Below, one piece after another: positions 14,409-26,596 of a stretch of DNA of 64,000 nt. Within the stretch, counting starts at the first letter, position 1. Each line of letters begins with the position of its first letter. Below the pieces are notes generated by a model. It saw nothing but the letters and a program-made list of their open reading frames with translations, was not told the DNA's origin and did not search any database. The position numbers were made by a program, and so were the translations under genes. The stretch covers positions 387,004,001-387,068,000 of the forward strand of contig OZ024741.1 in assembly GCA_964016885.1 (NCBI GenBank). The letters run 5' to 3'. Source of the DNA: Eledone cirrhosa (Eukaryota).

Positions 14409-15941
14409 CTATATATTGGGCTTAAAGTTTTGGAAGGAATGTCTGAAGCGGTGCTGGCAAGTTGCAAACACTTCAGATTTTTTGTTAAGTAGGTTACGGT
14501 TAGAGAAGATAATATTGTGTGTCTCTAGTATACAGAGGTTACAAAATTTATTAGGTGGTTTGTACGAAGTCGCGCTACCTATCACTTCCCATTTGAGTGT
14601 GTAAGATTTATTTTTAGTTTTTAGATAGTGTATGTAGCTAGATAGTGAGGTGGAGTTGGCTAGACTGTGCTTTTTGAACGAGTGGATGTGCGAATTATAT
14701 CTGATTTTGAAGCAGCTAGAAGTGGAGCCTACATAGGTTTCTGAAGAGTTGCTAGTTGTGACGGTGCATGAGTATATGATATCCTTGGTTAGGCATTTTT
14801 TATCTAAAGGGCAGGTTCTATTAGCTCTACAGTTACAATTATCCTGGGTGTTAGTCTGCTGGTTATAATGCAGTGCAGAAGTTCGGGTGGTAGCTATAGG
14901 ATTTTGGACATTCGGGTTGTCGACCCCGGTGTTATTTCTTATACTAGTGTTATTTCTATTATTACTGCCGTTATTAGGGTTGCTTGCTACAGAGGTATTT
15001 TGAAGGTTTACTTCCTGTTGTGATTTCGTTTGTTGGAAGCAAGAATTAATTTTACTTTTATTGCTGCTAGCTATGTGGTATGCTAAGTTAGGCGTCGTAG
15101 AGTATGAGATTTTAATAGTGTTTTTGTTTAAAAGGTTATGGTACTTGTGTCCTAGAGGGAAGTTTTTATCTAGTAGTGAGAAGAAAGCCCTAGGTATGTT
15201 GGTGGAGACGTTTAGGTTGAAAGGGGGGTTGAAAAATGTATTATTTCTTCTTCTTCTTCTATTTTTGTTTTTAGTGTCTGGTGTGTTGTTTCCTCCTAAG
15301 GTACTACGGTAGTTTCTGTGGTAATGGTTACTTTTGGTGGCACCCTCCACTTTAGTGTGTGTGTGGTTGCTATTCATATTACTAGGTTTCCCCATGGACA
15401 TATTGTGCGAGATGATGTTGTAGCTATGTGTTTTCTTAGGTAGGAACTCAATCTCTATATTATGGCCGGATCTAGCTAATGCTTGATTATAATATTGCGA
15501 GTTTTTGCTAAATATGTTTGCGTCATAGGATAGATTAGAGATTCTATTGGATACCCCCTTAGAGATAGAGTTTAATATTGATCTAGGGTGATTAGACTTG
15601 GTATCCACGTAAATGAGTTTTTCGTTAGGCTTATGGAAAGGTGTATATATTTTTGAGTCTAGGTATAGTGTGGCGTCGAGGAAGTTAACATTTTTAGTGT
15701 TTTTGTCCATGGTGATACTAAGGTTAAAGTTTTTGAATGTCTTGTGCAATAGTTTTCTAGTTCTTTCTATATTGAATTTTTTATATTCTATAAGTAGAAG
15801 TGCATCATCGCGGTACAAACCACCGTTGAGGTATGGGAGGTCCTTATGGATTTCATTAAGTAAGTATAGGCCGACCAAATCAGTGACCTGCGCCGAGTCA
15901 CTAGATCCCATGGTTATGTCGAAGTTGTTGTGCGGGTCCAT
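14409..15941 (-). pseudogene. Penelope-like RT/GIY-YIG polyprotein, N-terminally truncated
   Basis: FDITMGSSDSAQVTDLVGLYLL, GLYRDD, VNFLDATL, YVDTKSNHP, FNPPF, CNCRANRTCPL linker, IIYSC..TYVG, RYNSH, CNLCILE, CQHR. Confidence 0.9.
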
Positions 15942-15999
15942 AGTTGGTCCTCGAAGGATATATTCTGAAGCTACATTGCCCAGGGTACTTGGATAAGTA

Positions 16000-16370
16000 T
16001 ATTTCATTTTAATCAAAGGGTTCCCCAGGGGCACAAACCCCGCTGAAAATGTTTTCCCTTCGATTTATATGAAATTTAAACCATAGGTAAATGACAAGAT
16101 ATGATGCCTATTCACAGAAGTTTTGAATTGATATTTTGAAAAAAATTATTTACAAGAAACAAAATAAGAATAAGATTTAATAATGTAATTTTGATTTGAT
16201 ATATTACAAAAAATAATGTTTTCCAATGTTTCATGCATTACATTTTACATTGAGTAATATTGAAATGCAGAGTTTTTCTCCATAAATTATATCACTGATT
16301 TAAAATTTATCATCATTTTCTTACAAAAAAAAATGTGTGAAACGCAGCAAGGCGCGGGTAATTCGGTTAG
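16000..16370 (+). mobile_element. Probable non-autonomous Helitron fragment (3' end)
   Basis: GC-rich subterminal CGCAGCAAGGCGCGG followed by GTAATTCGGTTAG|T, resembling the Helitron 3' hairpin plus CTAG; left boundary uncertain. Confidence 0.45.
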
Positions 16371-16567
16371 TATATATATAATACTTTTCTTCGACAGCGA
16401 GGCTACCCATAAGTTTATTGTATATAAGCATATTATGTATGTATAAATATACAACTCTGTTGTGCTTAAACGATGTCTTAATGATACCGCCAAGGCTTGG
16501 GAGGAGGGATAAAAACTAACACCAAAACAGGAGAATACATTTCCCACTTCAAAGAAACTACCACTTG

Positions 16568-16785
16568 TACTATAGCCACTACCACTACACCACTGCCAAT
16601 ACTATAGCCACTACCAATACTATAGCTACTACCACTACACCACCGCCAATACTGTAACTACCACTATCACAACAAATACTGTAACCACTACCACCATCAG
16701 TAATACTATAGCCACTACCACTATACCACCGCCACTGTAACCACCACTACCACCACCGCCACCACTACTCACACCACCATAATAG
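16568..16785. repeat. Degenerate ACT/ACC minisatellite
   Basis: Repeated ACTATAGCCACTACCACT-like units. Confidence 0.8.
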
Positions 16786-16889
16786 TATTATTCACCAAAA
16801 AGTAGAGAAGGAAAAAAAAGAGAAGTGCTGTTTTATGATAAAAGTGAACTCTCTGTGACCTTTCAGGTCAGTGGCTGTTCTATTTTATG

Positions 16890-16895
16890 TTTATT
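16890..16895 (-). promoter_or_regulatory. Candidate polyadenylation signal of the CCDC177-like gene
   Basis: AATAAA on the minus strand about 195 nt downstream of the predicted TAG at 17090. Confidence 0.4.
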
Positions 16896-17089
16896 CCGGG
16901 TCCAACGCAGACTTATGATCAATGGTGTTCCTGCCATGACCATCATCTCTTTTCTTCCGGGCATAACATATATCGTGTAGATCATTGTCTGTGGGCTTGT
17001 TTAACTAAAGCTATAATGGTTTGGTATGATCCCATAACTCAAGGTGGAGTCGTACGGGCGTTTCGTGGATATTTTAAGCCTGGCGGGTC

Positions 17090-17123
17090 CTATCTTCTCT
17101 CCAGGTTTGAATACAGCAGATTT
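17090..17123 (-). CDS. CCDC177: CCDC177-like gene, predicted terminal coding exon 7 (K-NLLYSNLERR*)
   Basis: Long polypyrimidine tract then CTCTGGAAG|AAATCTG; phase 2 fits the upstream micro-exon; TAG at 17092-17090. Confidence 0.5.
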
Positions 17124-17169
17124 CTTCCAGAGTGAGAGAAGGGAAATAAGAAAAAGATATAGAAGAAGA

Positions 17170-17330
17170 ATCGACCCCAGTATTAGACTGGTACTTTTTG
17201 TATGGACCTCGCAATGATGAAAAGCAAAATTGACTTTGGCAGGATTTGAACTCACAGAGCAGAGAGCCAGAACAAATACTTCAAAGCATTCTATCTGATG
17301 TTCTAACGACTTTGCCAATTAACCAACTTA
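17170..17330 (-). mobile_element. tRNA-derived SINE, same family as 11926-12115
   Basis: Minus strand has GAGTTCAAATCCTGCCAAAGTCAATTTTGCTTTTCATC...AGTACCAGTC. Confidence 0.65.
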
Positions 17331-17926
17331 ATGCTTACATAATAAACTGTCCTACATGATTTCACTGTTATTTCTTGCAACGTCGAACGACAACGTAGAA
17401 GCCATGATTAGTGAGGAATAATTGTGGTCTGGTGAGAGGGTATTTATAGTATACGGAAGGATGGTGGTTGTGGTTGTCGTCGTCGTGGTGAGATCATCAT
17501 GGTGGTGGTCGTCGTTGTGGTGAGATCATCATGGTGGTGGTGGTCGTCGTCGTTGTTGTGAAGATCGTGAAAGTAGTGGTAGTGGTGGTGGTGGTAGACG
17601 TCATAATAGTGGGTATTGCGAAATAGAAATGCCAATACATTTTCTGTGACACTAATCCCCTCAAAAGTATAACAGAGGTATGTAGCTGACTGACTATTCC
17701 CACTTTGATCAACACCTTCACTGCTAGCGTAATTAGCACCTAAAACATTGACTTAAATACATATACATACACGAAAGTAAACACATACACACAAGCAAAC
17801 ACATACAGACATGTGATGTGTATGTGTGTGGTTCAATAGACACGTGGCAATGTGTGTGGGGTAACTAACAATATGACTAAATCCACGTACTTTAAGCACT
17901 TAATTATCAAGACACACATGTATAAC

Positions 17927-18100
<174 letters not shown>

Positions 18101-18965
18101 TATAGGCTTATTTTCACAAATGGGAGAAACAAAACCCAAAATACATGAGTAGAGTGATATAAACATTATTATAGCCCAAAACAGTCAAAATCAATTATTC
18201 AAGGGTATCCTAACACCAACCCCAATGCCATTAAATACGAAGCTCTATGCCCTTGAGTCACTGATCCAGCCTTATCACTATGTGTGTGTGATACAACTCC
18301 CACTTAGTTAGGCCTTCTACTGTATTAACTAATGCTTCTAGATCTGAATAATTCTAACTTTATAACAAGGAATTTTTTTAACTATTTTATCATGTAAACC
18401 ACTTTCTGTAAGGACATCATTATATTATGGAGCAGAGTTATTGAAATTTAGTTCTAAAAGAAATAATCTTCACTAAATTCTTAGTGATGTTTCTAGAGTG
18501 TTTGGATAGATTATCAATATAATTTAAATATTTGTTAGGTTTTCCATGATCATATTTCTGATGAAATACACTCTATAAGGGATTTACTAAAATTATTAAT
18601 TATTTCATTAAAAAGTTAGTAATTTAACAAAGGGTGGAAGATTTTGATTTAAATAAGAAACCACCTTTTTGAAATGGATAATTTTGTTTCATAGAACTAA
18701 AGCTGGTTTTGGTCTTGTTGGTATCAAAAGGGTTAAGGATAATTATAATCCATATCCATTATTAAGGTTCAAAGAAATATTTCTTTTACGCATGTATATA
18801 TATATGTGTGTGTATATATATCTACACACACACGTTAAGACCCTCTTCCTGCTATTTTCATGTGTTAATCTAATATATTCCTTCCATATGCTGTATCGAC
18901 TGTGTCGTTATTTTTGTTTACCTTTTACATAAATATATTACATAATAAATAACACAATATTTCAC

Positions 18966-19121
18966 AATTATTCCATTACCAAAGGTTTCAAGAAACTAGA
19001 TGATTCTTACAGAAACGCCTAGTCCATTCATCATATAAGATAATTATTTTATCTGATGAACAGGTTAGGCGTTTCTGTAAGAATCGTCTAGTTTCTTGAA
19101 ACCTTTGGTAATGGAATAATT
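18966..19121. repeat. About 155-bp fold-back palindrome made of two inverted hammerhead copies
   Basis: AATTATTCCATTACCAAAGGTTTCAAGAAACTAG... is the reverse complement of ...CTAGTTTCTTGAAACCTTTGGTAATGGAATAATT. Confidence 0.9.
19043..19120 (+). ncRNA. Type-I hammerhead ribozyme motif with canonical core
   Basis: ATTATTTTAT-CTGATGA-[stem II TTAGGCG..CGTCTAG]-GAAA-CCTTTGG-TA-ATGGAATAAT; 10-bp stem I including 2 G-U pairs. Confidence 0.75.
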
Positions 19122-19147
19122 ATATTGCGTTTTTATTTTGTAATTAA

Positions 19148-21515
19148 CTAGCTTTGTACAATGCATAGAGCACTTTTCTACAAAAATACTTTATATACAT
19201 ACCCGGCATTGCTCGGGTTAAAGAACATAATGAAATTTCATTCAAAACTTTTTCTAAGGTATATTTTAAACTTCTAATATAGCTGTTTCTTGTATGTAAC
19301 ATATCTTTTAGCTGCAATATAATTTCATACTTAATTTCTTTATTCCTTTCATATCTTGTCTGTGTTTGGGTTTTCATATCACTGATGAAATACAGTTGTA
19401 CATATATTGGTTCTTCTTCTGAAAGTAGCTGAAGTGGTCCATTTCTGTGGTACACTTGCCCTTGGATCTTGAAAGTGTGTATAAAGTCACCTTCACGGAT
19501 GACATTTGCACCAAATGATGTCATTTGGAATGCATTGTTGTACTTCTGGATATTTTGAAGAAAGTGTCTTGATTCAGTAGTTGTACCCCTTAAGGGTTCT
19601 GGTTGTTCAGGTAATAGTTTCAACTTGATGTTTCCATTTAAACAGCACAATCCAGTTGACTCACCATTCCATTTTTTAGCACCACAATTTGGGCAAATTT
19701 TGTCCATTGAGGAAATTTGAATTAAAGGTTCTGAGGCATAGTCTTGATGTAGATTGTAACTAAAAGCAGCAAAGTTCCATTCAGCAACCTTTTAAAATCA
19801 TAAATGTTCTGTTCTTGCTCTCTGTTTTAGCTTCAGTTTCTTCATGCCGCCTTTGAGCTGTTCTATTTCGCTCCATTTGCTGTCTTGGTGATTTTCATAT
19901 ATTTGATTCTTCTTGACGAATAGTTGCTTTCATTGTCCTATCTTCAGCAAGCCTGTTTGATCTTTGCTCCTCTGATTCATCCTGTCTATTATGTACACTT
20001 CTTATTCTTTGTGGTTGAAGCCTTGATAATCTTTGTGCATCTGATTCATCTTGTGCTGTAGTTTCATACATCTAATTGCTTTCATTGTCCTGCCATCAGC
20101 AAACATTTTTTATCTTTGTTCTTCTGATTCATTTTACCTATATTTCTCTGTTGTTTTTCTTTGTTTTTGGAGTCTTTCTTGTCGCTGCTCTTCCCTTTCA
20201 TTCTCCCTTTTTAGCTGCATTGCCATAGCTTTATGAGAATTCTTCCAAATGAAGGTCTATTCTTCAGGGGCATTTTTTACTTGCACCTTCAAATGCTACT
20301 ATTATTTATCTAAAAATTTATCTTTTCTGTTAATGATGGATCTAAGTTAAATCAAATTTCATTGAATGGGGACTCACTGCATTAACTTTTAGTGATTTTT
20401 CGGAAACAACAAACTAAACTAACGGAAATGGATATATAAAATAATATTACAGGTTAACGTGTTATTTTTAGTAGTGTTGCCATAAATCAAATAAAGAACC
20501 CAAAATTTAATGAGAGGCTGACACATACACATATACACATGGAGTTATATAAGAAAATGTGGCATATATATATATACACACAAGAAAGATATGAAGAAGA
20601 TAGTGGTAAGAAACTTTCGGGTGAGCTGGACAGTAGAAGGTCTGCAGAGACCCCTCACATGTTTTGACTCTTAACTTCTTAAACTATGGGGTCCGGGCAG
20701 CATCCAGGTCATTTAAGTCAGATGGAGATTTCTTTGACAGGATCTAGCTGGAACTCTGCTTCATTGCCTCTGCTTTCAAGCTTATATCTAGAAGCTTTCT
20801 TGAGTTTGGAAAAATAACATTGATAGTCATGGTAACGCTGACACATCAACAGTGTCACAGCCACCGCCAACTACAAACGTGACTTACTCAGGGTTTCTTC
20901 CCTAAGCATACGTTAGAATACAAACACAATGCTGTCAAACTGTATGGAGGTAATTTTTTTAAAGTAGAGATGATATATATACACACATGGAAGAAATATA
21001 AAGAATGTATGACAAAATGAGCTGCAGCTCCATGACGGGAGAGTGGATTTTGATATTAAAGCAGGCATGTGTTGTTGCTTTCAGTTGATTGAATGCATGT
21101 TGCTCATGCAGGAGAGAAAGAGGGGGGCATTCAATACTGAAGCAAGTGTGTGTTTGTTGCTTTAGTGTTGGCTACTATGTTGAATGCATGTTGCTGACTT
21201 TCTTTGCTTTCTTTATCTCTGTTTCTTTCTCTCTTCATTCATGCATTGTTAACCTACTTGCTTAGTTCCATCTTTGGCTTTCAGTGCTCTATTTAATTTC
21301 AAGTGTGCTTTCACTCAAATTTTCACTTCTTCATTCTCTTCGTTTTCATATTCCATCGTAGTGAAGATGATAACTCACAACGACCAGAGATTGACAAACA
21401 GACAAACAAACATATAAATAAACGTGTGAGGAAACCATTTCCTGAGACAAAAGAACTCACATGCCAAGTCTGAACATGACTGGTCCATTAGTTTTTAAGT
21501 GCATTGGAGATAAAT
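19148..21515 (-). mobile_element. Internally deleted, degenerate Helitron
   Basis: RepHel N-terminal fragment; 3' hairpin CCCGAGCAATGCCGGG at about 19202-19217 and CTAG at 19148; a 5'-end-like segment at 21420-21515 that recurs at 23208-23330. Confidence 0.7.
19230..20273 (-). pseudogene. Helitron RepHel N-terminal relic
   Basis: CPNCGAKKWNGESTGLCCLNG zinc motif, YNNAFQMTSFGA, FKIQGQVYH, YVQLYF; broken E/R/Q-rich repeats upstream to an ATG at about 20273. Confidence 0.85.
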
Positions 21516-21817
21516 ATATATATATATGTATATCATCATCATCATCATCATCGTTTAATGTTTATCTTCCACGCTAGCATGGGTTGAACGAGTTTGTCCC
21601 ATTCAGAGGCAAGTTGGGTCAGGTGACCGTGTCTTGCTCATATATGACTGTTTCTGGCTGGTTTTCTACAGCTGGATGCCCTTCCTAACACCACTTTACA
21701 GTGTGGGCTGAATGTTTTGTGGTGCCAACATAATATATATATATATAGAGAGAGAGAGAGATACATATATATATCATGATAATGATATATATATATATAT
21801 TTGTGTGTATATACATA

Positions 21818-22405
21818 TATCATCATCATCATCACCACCATTTTACATCTATTTTCCACACTAGCATGGGTTAGACGAGTTGTCCTGTTGTGGACAATTC
21901 CAAGTCAGGTGACCATGTCTTGCTCGTACAGAACTGATTCTAGCTTGGTTTCTACAGCTGGATGCCCTTCCTAACTCCAACCTCATTTACAGTGAGTGCT
22001 GGATGCTTTTTGTTGTGACACCTACACAACCACTTTACAGTGGGACTAGCCACTTTTTGCCGTGTCACTATCACGACCACTTTACAGTGTGGGCTGGGGG
22101 CTTCACTGGATGCATTTATATCAGCCTGTCCTCATGGGGGTGTATGGGAGGGTGGGTTGGGGCACACTATATATACTTCAGCTTGTGCCTGTGGGAAGTC
22201 AGGTTTTCTGTATTACTGCGTATCGCCAGAGATCTTTGAGAGGGACAAGGTCGGCTTTTACCACCTCATCCCAAGTCTTCCTAGGTCTTCCTGCTCCAAG
22301 GCTTCTATCGACTTTGAGCACTCTGCACTTTTTTATGCAGCTGTCATCCTTCATACGTCTCACATGTCCATACCAACATAATCTCCTCTCCTGCACACAG
22401 CATTT
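21818..22405 (-). mobile_element. RTE LINE 3' fragment
   Basis: RRLCWYGHVRRMKDDSCIKKC..GRPRKTWDEV, shared 3' UTR and (GAT)n tail; tail-only relatives at 21532-21725, 22436-22595 and 36190-36365. Confidence 0.85.
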
Positions 22406-22926
22406 ATGTATATATATACACACACACACTGTATGTGTGGTTGGCATTAGGAAGGGCATTCAGCTGTAGAAACCAACCCAAAATCAGTTCTGTATGAGCA
22501 AGACATGGTCATCAGACCTGGCTTGTCTCACAATGAGACAACTCATCTAACCCATGCTAGCATGGAAAAATGGGCATTAAATGGTGATGATGATGCATAT
22601 ATATATACAATCCATGAGAGCCGTTATTTGATGCAAATAACACGTGATTTCCCCCTACTCTGGGCAGCGTATATATTAGCTTTCTCTCTATCCATGAGGT
22701 TAGATGTGTCGTGAACAGTGTCCACATTTGCTGACTGAGGATCCTATGACCTGTTATACTACACATATCAGTGGTGAAACGAAGCGAGATTCGTATCAGC
22801 AAACTTATAGTTATAAGGTTGGTAATTTAAAACTCTAATCCAGAGATTTGATTCTGACTTAGTTTTTTTCTATTTAATTGCTAAACCTGTAGATATTGTT
22901 CTCTATACAGTAACGGTAAAACTCAC

Positions 22927-22953
22927 TTGTAATAATTCTTTACACGCATCTCA
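22927..22953 (-). CDS. CCDC177: CCDC177-like gene, 27-nt coding micro-exon 6 (L-EMRVKNYY-K)
   Basis: TTACACAG|TGAGATG...TACAA|GTGAGT; phase 2-2; open frame. Confidence 0.55.
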
Positions 22954-23096
22954 CTGTGTAACACACTTCTCTTTGTGTAATATATTTGCATTTGAGCTCA
23001 GAAGAAAATTCTCTATTCTTCTTTGAGCTAATACTATTATTATTATTACAGTGAACTGCGGAATACTCTTAATTCCGATCTTTGTATATATATATG

Positions 23097-23128
<32 letters not shown>

Positions 23129-24222
23129 TGAGGGTAGGCTGAAAAGTTCTTAGGCTGTCTGTGAAGAAGTGATGCTAGAACTGTGAAATCTTGCATGTAT
23201 TAATTTCAGTGAGGAAAACCTATTCCTTGGTCTAAGGAACTGACATGCCCAGTTTGAACATGATTGGTCAATTGGTTTTTAAGTGCATTGGAGACAAACA
23301 AACAATCGAGCTATTTATATATATATATATATTATTTTACTGGTTTCAGTCGCCAAACTGGGATATAAGATATATATATACACAGACCTCATACATATCT
23401 ATACATACATATATATCAGAAAAGACATCTAAAAGTAATCTGCAATCAATCATCATCACCATTTAACATCTATTTTCCATGCTTGCATGGGTTAGACATG
23501 TCACATTATGAGGCGAGTCAGGTCAGGTGACCATGTCTTATTCAGATTAAGACAATTGATGGTTGAATATTGTAATTATACTCTCAAAAGAGGAGATTGA
23601 CACTTTCATTACCATATATCTAATGAAAGACACTGCCAATGATTTTCAAACAATTTTGAAAGTATTCAAGAATTTGGAGGATTTAGTAATATAACACATA
23701 AATAAAACCATTATTGCTTCAATCTGTCCACAAAATACAGAGCAAACATCCCAAACCAAATTCTAACCTACACTCATGATTCCTGCTAAACTAACCTGCA
23801 ACCCACCCTCCAAGTTCGGCAAACCAAACGCAGACCACCCACTATCTTTTGTATCGAAAGCATGCTTCAGTTGGCCCTAACAATGAGTGTTCAATAGTAC
23901 AGCTTGCTCATGAAGTTAACATGCATGTGGCTGAGAAATCTATAGGCATGTGTGCCCTTAATGTAGCTCCCAGGGAGATTTAGTGAGACATAGAATTATT
24001 GATACAACTCAAGCCAGAATTTAAACTCATGACCTTATGATCATTCTAACCACTTAACCATGGGCTTTCATTTCAGATAAATATAAACACTTTAAATCAA
24101 ACAGCTTTGTATCATATAACAAGGTGCAGTTTCAAGTGATTTGGTATTAAATGGGTTAATTGCCCAGTAAATTATAATCTTACAAACAGCAACTCTTCTC
24201 AAACATTTCAAAATTGACTTAC

Positions 24223-24297
24223 AGTGTATTCAGCAAGTTCTGGCGATTTTTTAAATCCAGCCTCATCTTCAAACTTTCTTTACGAAGTTCTTTCATC
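24223..24297 (-). CDS. CCDC177: CCDC177-like gene, coding exon 5 (R-MKELRKESLKMRLDLKNRQNLLNT-L)
   Basis: TTCCTTAG|G ... CT|GTAAGT; 75 nt, phase 2-2; coiled-coil-like sequence. Confidence 0.8.
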
Positions 24298-24322
24298 CTA
24301 AGGAAGTAAGAGTAATGATATA

Positions 24323-24915
24323 AACCATCAGTCAGTGTATTATTGGGTAGCCTCACCTTCTCTGTTGAGGTAACAATCATTTAGTATACCTCAGGGTAGC
24401 CAGACCTTCTGTTAAGGTAAATTATCATTTAATGTACCTTTGGGTAACCACACCTTCTGTTGAGATAAACCATCGTTTTTTAGTACCTCTGGGTAGGTAA
24501 ATCATCATTTAGTTCCCTCTGGGTAGCCCCAACTTCTCTGTTGAGGTAAAATCATCATTTAGTGTACCTCTGAGTAGCTACAACTTCTGTTGAGGTAAAT
24601 TATCATTTAGTTCCCTCTGGGTAGCCCAACTTCTCCGTTGAGGCAGATTATCGTTTAGTGTACCTTAGTATAGCTACAACTTCTGTTGAGGTAAATTATC
24701 ATTTAGTGAACCTCTGGGTAGCCCCAACTTCTCTTTCAAGGTAAATTCTCATTTAGTTCCCTCTGGGTAGCCCCACCTCCCAGTTGAGGTAAACCATCAT
24801 TTAATTCCCTCAGGGTAGCCCCACTTTCCCTGTTAAGGTCAAATCATCAACTAGTTGCCTTTGTTGAGGTAAAACATCATTTAGTTCCCTCTGGGTAGCC
24901 CCACCTTCCCTAACG
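24323..24915. repeat. Intronic minisatellite, about 55-bp unit, about 11 copies
   Basis: Recurrent GGGTAGCCCCAACTTCTCTGTTGAGGTAAAATCATCATTTAGTTCCCTCT. Confidence 0.9.
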
Positions 24916-25023
24916 ATAAATACGATAGCAATAATGTTGTTAATTACTGGAGAGTATTAAGCTACAAAAGACATTACAGTAATTCTGTAAAAGAGTAAGA
25001 TATATAAATCAATTAACAATTAC

Positions 25024-25246
25024 CTCTCTTCGAATTTGAACCTGAACCCCTTGTCACTGGATTCCTTGTCACTGGATTCCTTGTCACTGGACGCCTTGTC
25101 ACTGGACGCCTTGTCACTGGACGCCTTGTTACTGGACTCCTTGTCACTGGACGCCTTGTCACTGGACGCCTTGTTATTGTTATTTTGTTCCATCCAAGCA
25201 GTCTTTGGATATTTATTGGATTCATACAGAAATTTATTATCTTCAC
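25024..25246 (-). CDS. CCDC177: CCDC177-like gene, coding exon 4 with a 15-bp repeat encoding (K[A/E]SS[D/N])n
   Basis: TTTTTGTCTTACAG|GT ... GAGAG|GTAATT; 223 nt, phase 1 to 2; EDNKFLYESNKYPKTAWMEQ..KASSD..FKFEE. Confidence 0.8.
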
Positions 25247-25589
25247 CTGTAAGACAAAAACACAAAGTCAACCCTGTATTCTGATCCAGTGCCACAACAA
25301 AAACACCTAATCCATCCTGTAAATTGGTCGTACTGGTGACACAACAAAAAGCATCCAGTCCTCCCTGTGCCACAATAAAAAGCATCCATGCAAGCATGAA
25401 AAAATGGACGTTAAAAGATGATGATGATGCAACAAATACAGACACTGTAATGAAGCGACAAGGTAAACCTCTATGTGATCACTCAACATGTTAGTCAAAT
25501 TCCACTCAAATCACAAAAACAAACAGCAGAGCATATTAGATAAAATATAGTCCTAGATGTATTATTGTTGGACTTCTATCGGTCCTAAT

Positions 25590-25870
25590 GATGAGTATTT
25601 CAGTTGTTCATTCAACAGAACAGCTTAAGTTTACATGCAACTGGCTGAGTATTCTCCAGATACATGTACACTTTATGTAGTTCTGAGAGAGATTTGACAC
25701 AGTGTGGGACATGGCTGGTCTTTGAACTACTGGTACATCTCATTTTTTTTCCAACTGAGTGGAGTGAAAATGTATGAAATAAAGTTTCTTACTCAAGAAC
25801 CAGGCACTGCTAAGAATCAAACTTATGAACTCATAATTGGAAGCCGAACGCCCTAACCACTAAGCCATAG
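25590..25870 (-). mobile_element. tRNA-derived SINE
   Basis: Minus strand: TGGCTTAGTGGTTAGGGCG A-box, AGTTTGATTC B-box-like, TTCTTGAGTAAGAAACTTTATTTCA; deleted relative at about 23870-24065. Confidence 0.7.
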
Positions 25871-26416
25871 TTCAAGAGAAACCAGTCCTGATATAAAAGA
25901 TGGACAGCTATGACTGGACGATTTTTAGTGATAGGTCTGCCTGTGGAGAGAGTGGGGAAGAGTTAAATAGTGGCTTCTAATTTAAGCACACGGCCAACCA
26001 TTTGTGGGAAGGACAAGTTCATTATAACAATCCTAGTACTTTACTGATACTTTATTTACAACACAAACATACATATACACTGTAATTTCTTTACAAGTTT
26101 CCTGTATATCATTTAAAATAATGTGGTTGGGGTGTATGGGAGGTAGAATGTATGTTAGGGTAGCTAGGGTAGCCATATTGGGTTAAAAGTAATGGATAAT
26201 GCTATTTTTCAGGACTCTACACTACTATTTGATTTATTTCATTTGCGGTACTTACTACTTTAAGAATTTAATTTACCCTCTGCAATAAATACATACACAG
26301 CCCCTGCAATAGATACACATGCACACATATTTATTCAAGTATGTTACATGAAAAATATAATACAAAATAAAACACCCCCCCAAAAAGAATACCTTCTGCC
26401 AGAAGACAACACTCAC

Positions 26417-26554
26417 TGTTGCTATCGATATAATCCATTTGGTGATTGTTAAAGGAAGTGTCCAAAGTATATTTTCTCGCCTCTTTATTTAACATGTCAA
26501 GTTGTTCTTTTGCCAGAATCCCGCTTCTCTCTTCCAGACATCGCTTTAGTCTCA
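26417..26554 (-). CDS. CCDC177: CCDC177-like gene, coding exon 3 (M-RLKRCLEERSGILAKEQLDMLNKEARKY...DSN)
   Basis: TTTCTTTTCTTCAATACTAG|TG ... AACA|GTGAGT; 138 nt, phase 1-1; RLKRCLEER resembles the CCDC177 KLQQCRAER segment as recalled. Confidence 0.85.
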
Positions 26555-26596
26555 CTAGTATTGAAGAAAAGAAATATATATATATATATATATATA

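Larger units (their letters stand above)
12900..15950 (-). mobile_element. 5'-truncated Penelope-like retroelement (RT C-terminal part, GIY-YIG, probable 3' UTR/pLTR)
   Basis: Contains the RT/GIY-YIG ORF and a same-strand downstream hammerhead motif; boundaries approximate. Confidence 0.75.

Noticed and set aside
15942-16034. First 31 residues of the 541-aa ORF
   Set aside because: No RT similarity; probably flanking sequence read in frame beyond the 5' truncation.
25013-25246. RRPVT-repeat reading of exon 4
   Set aside because: Its phases do not match the flanking exons; the KASSD frame does.
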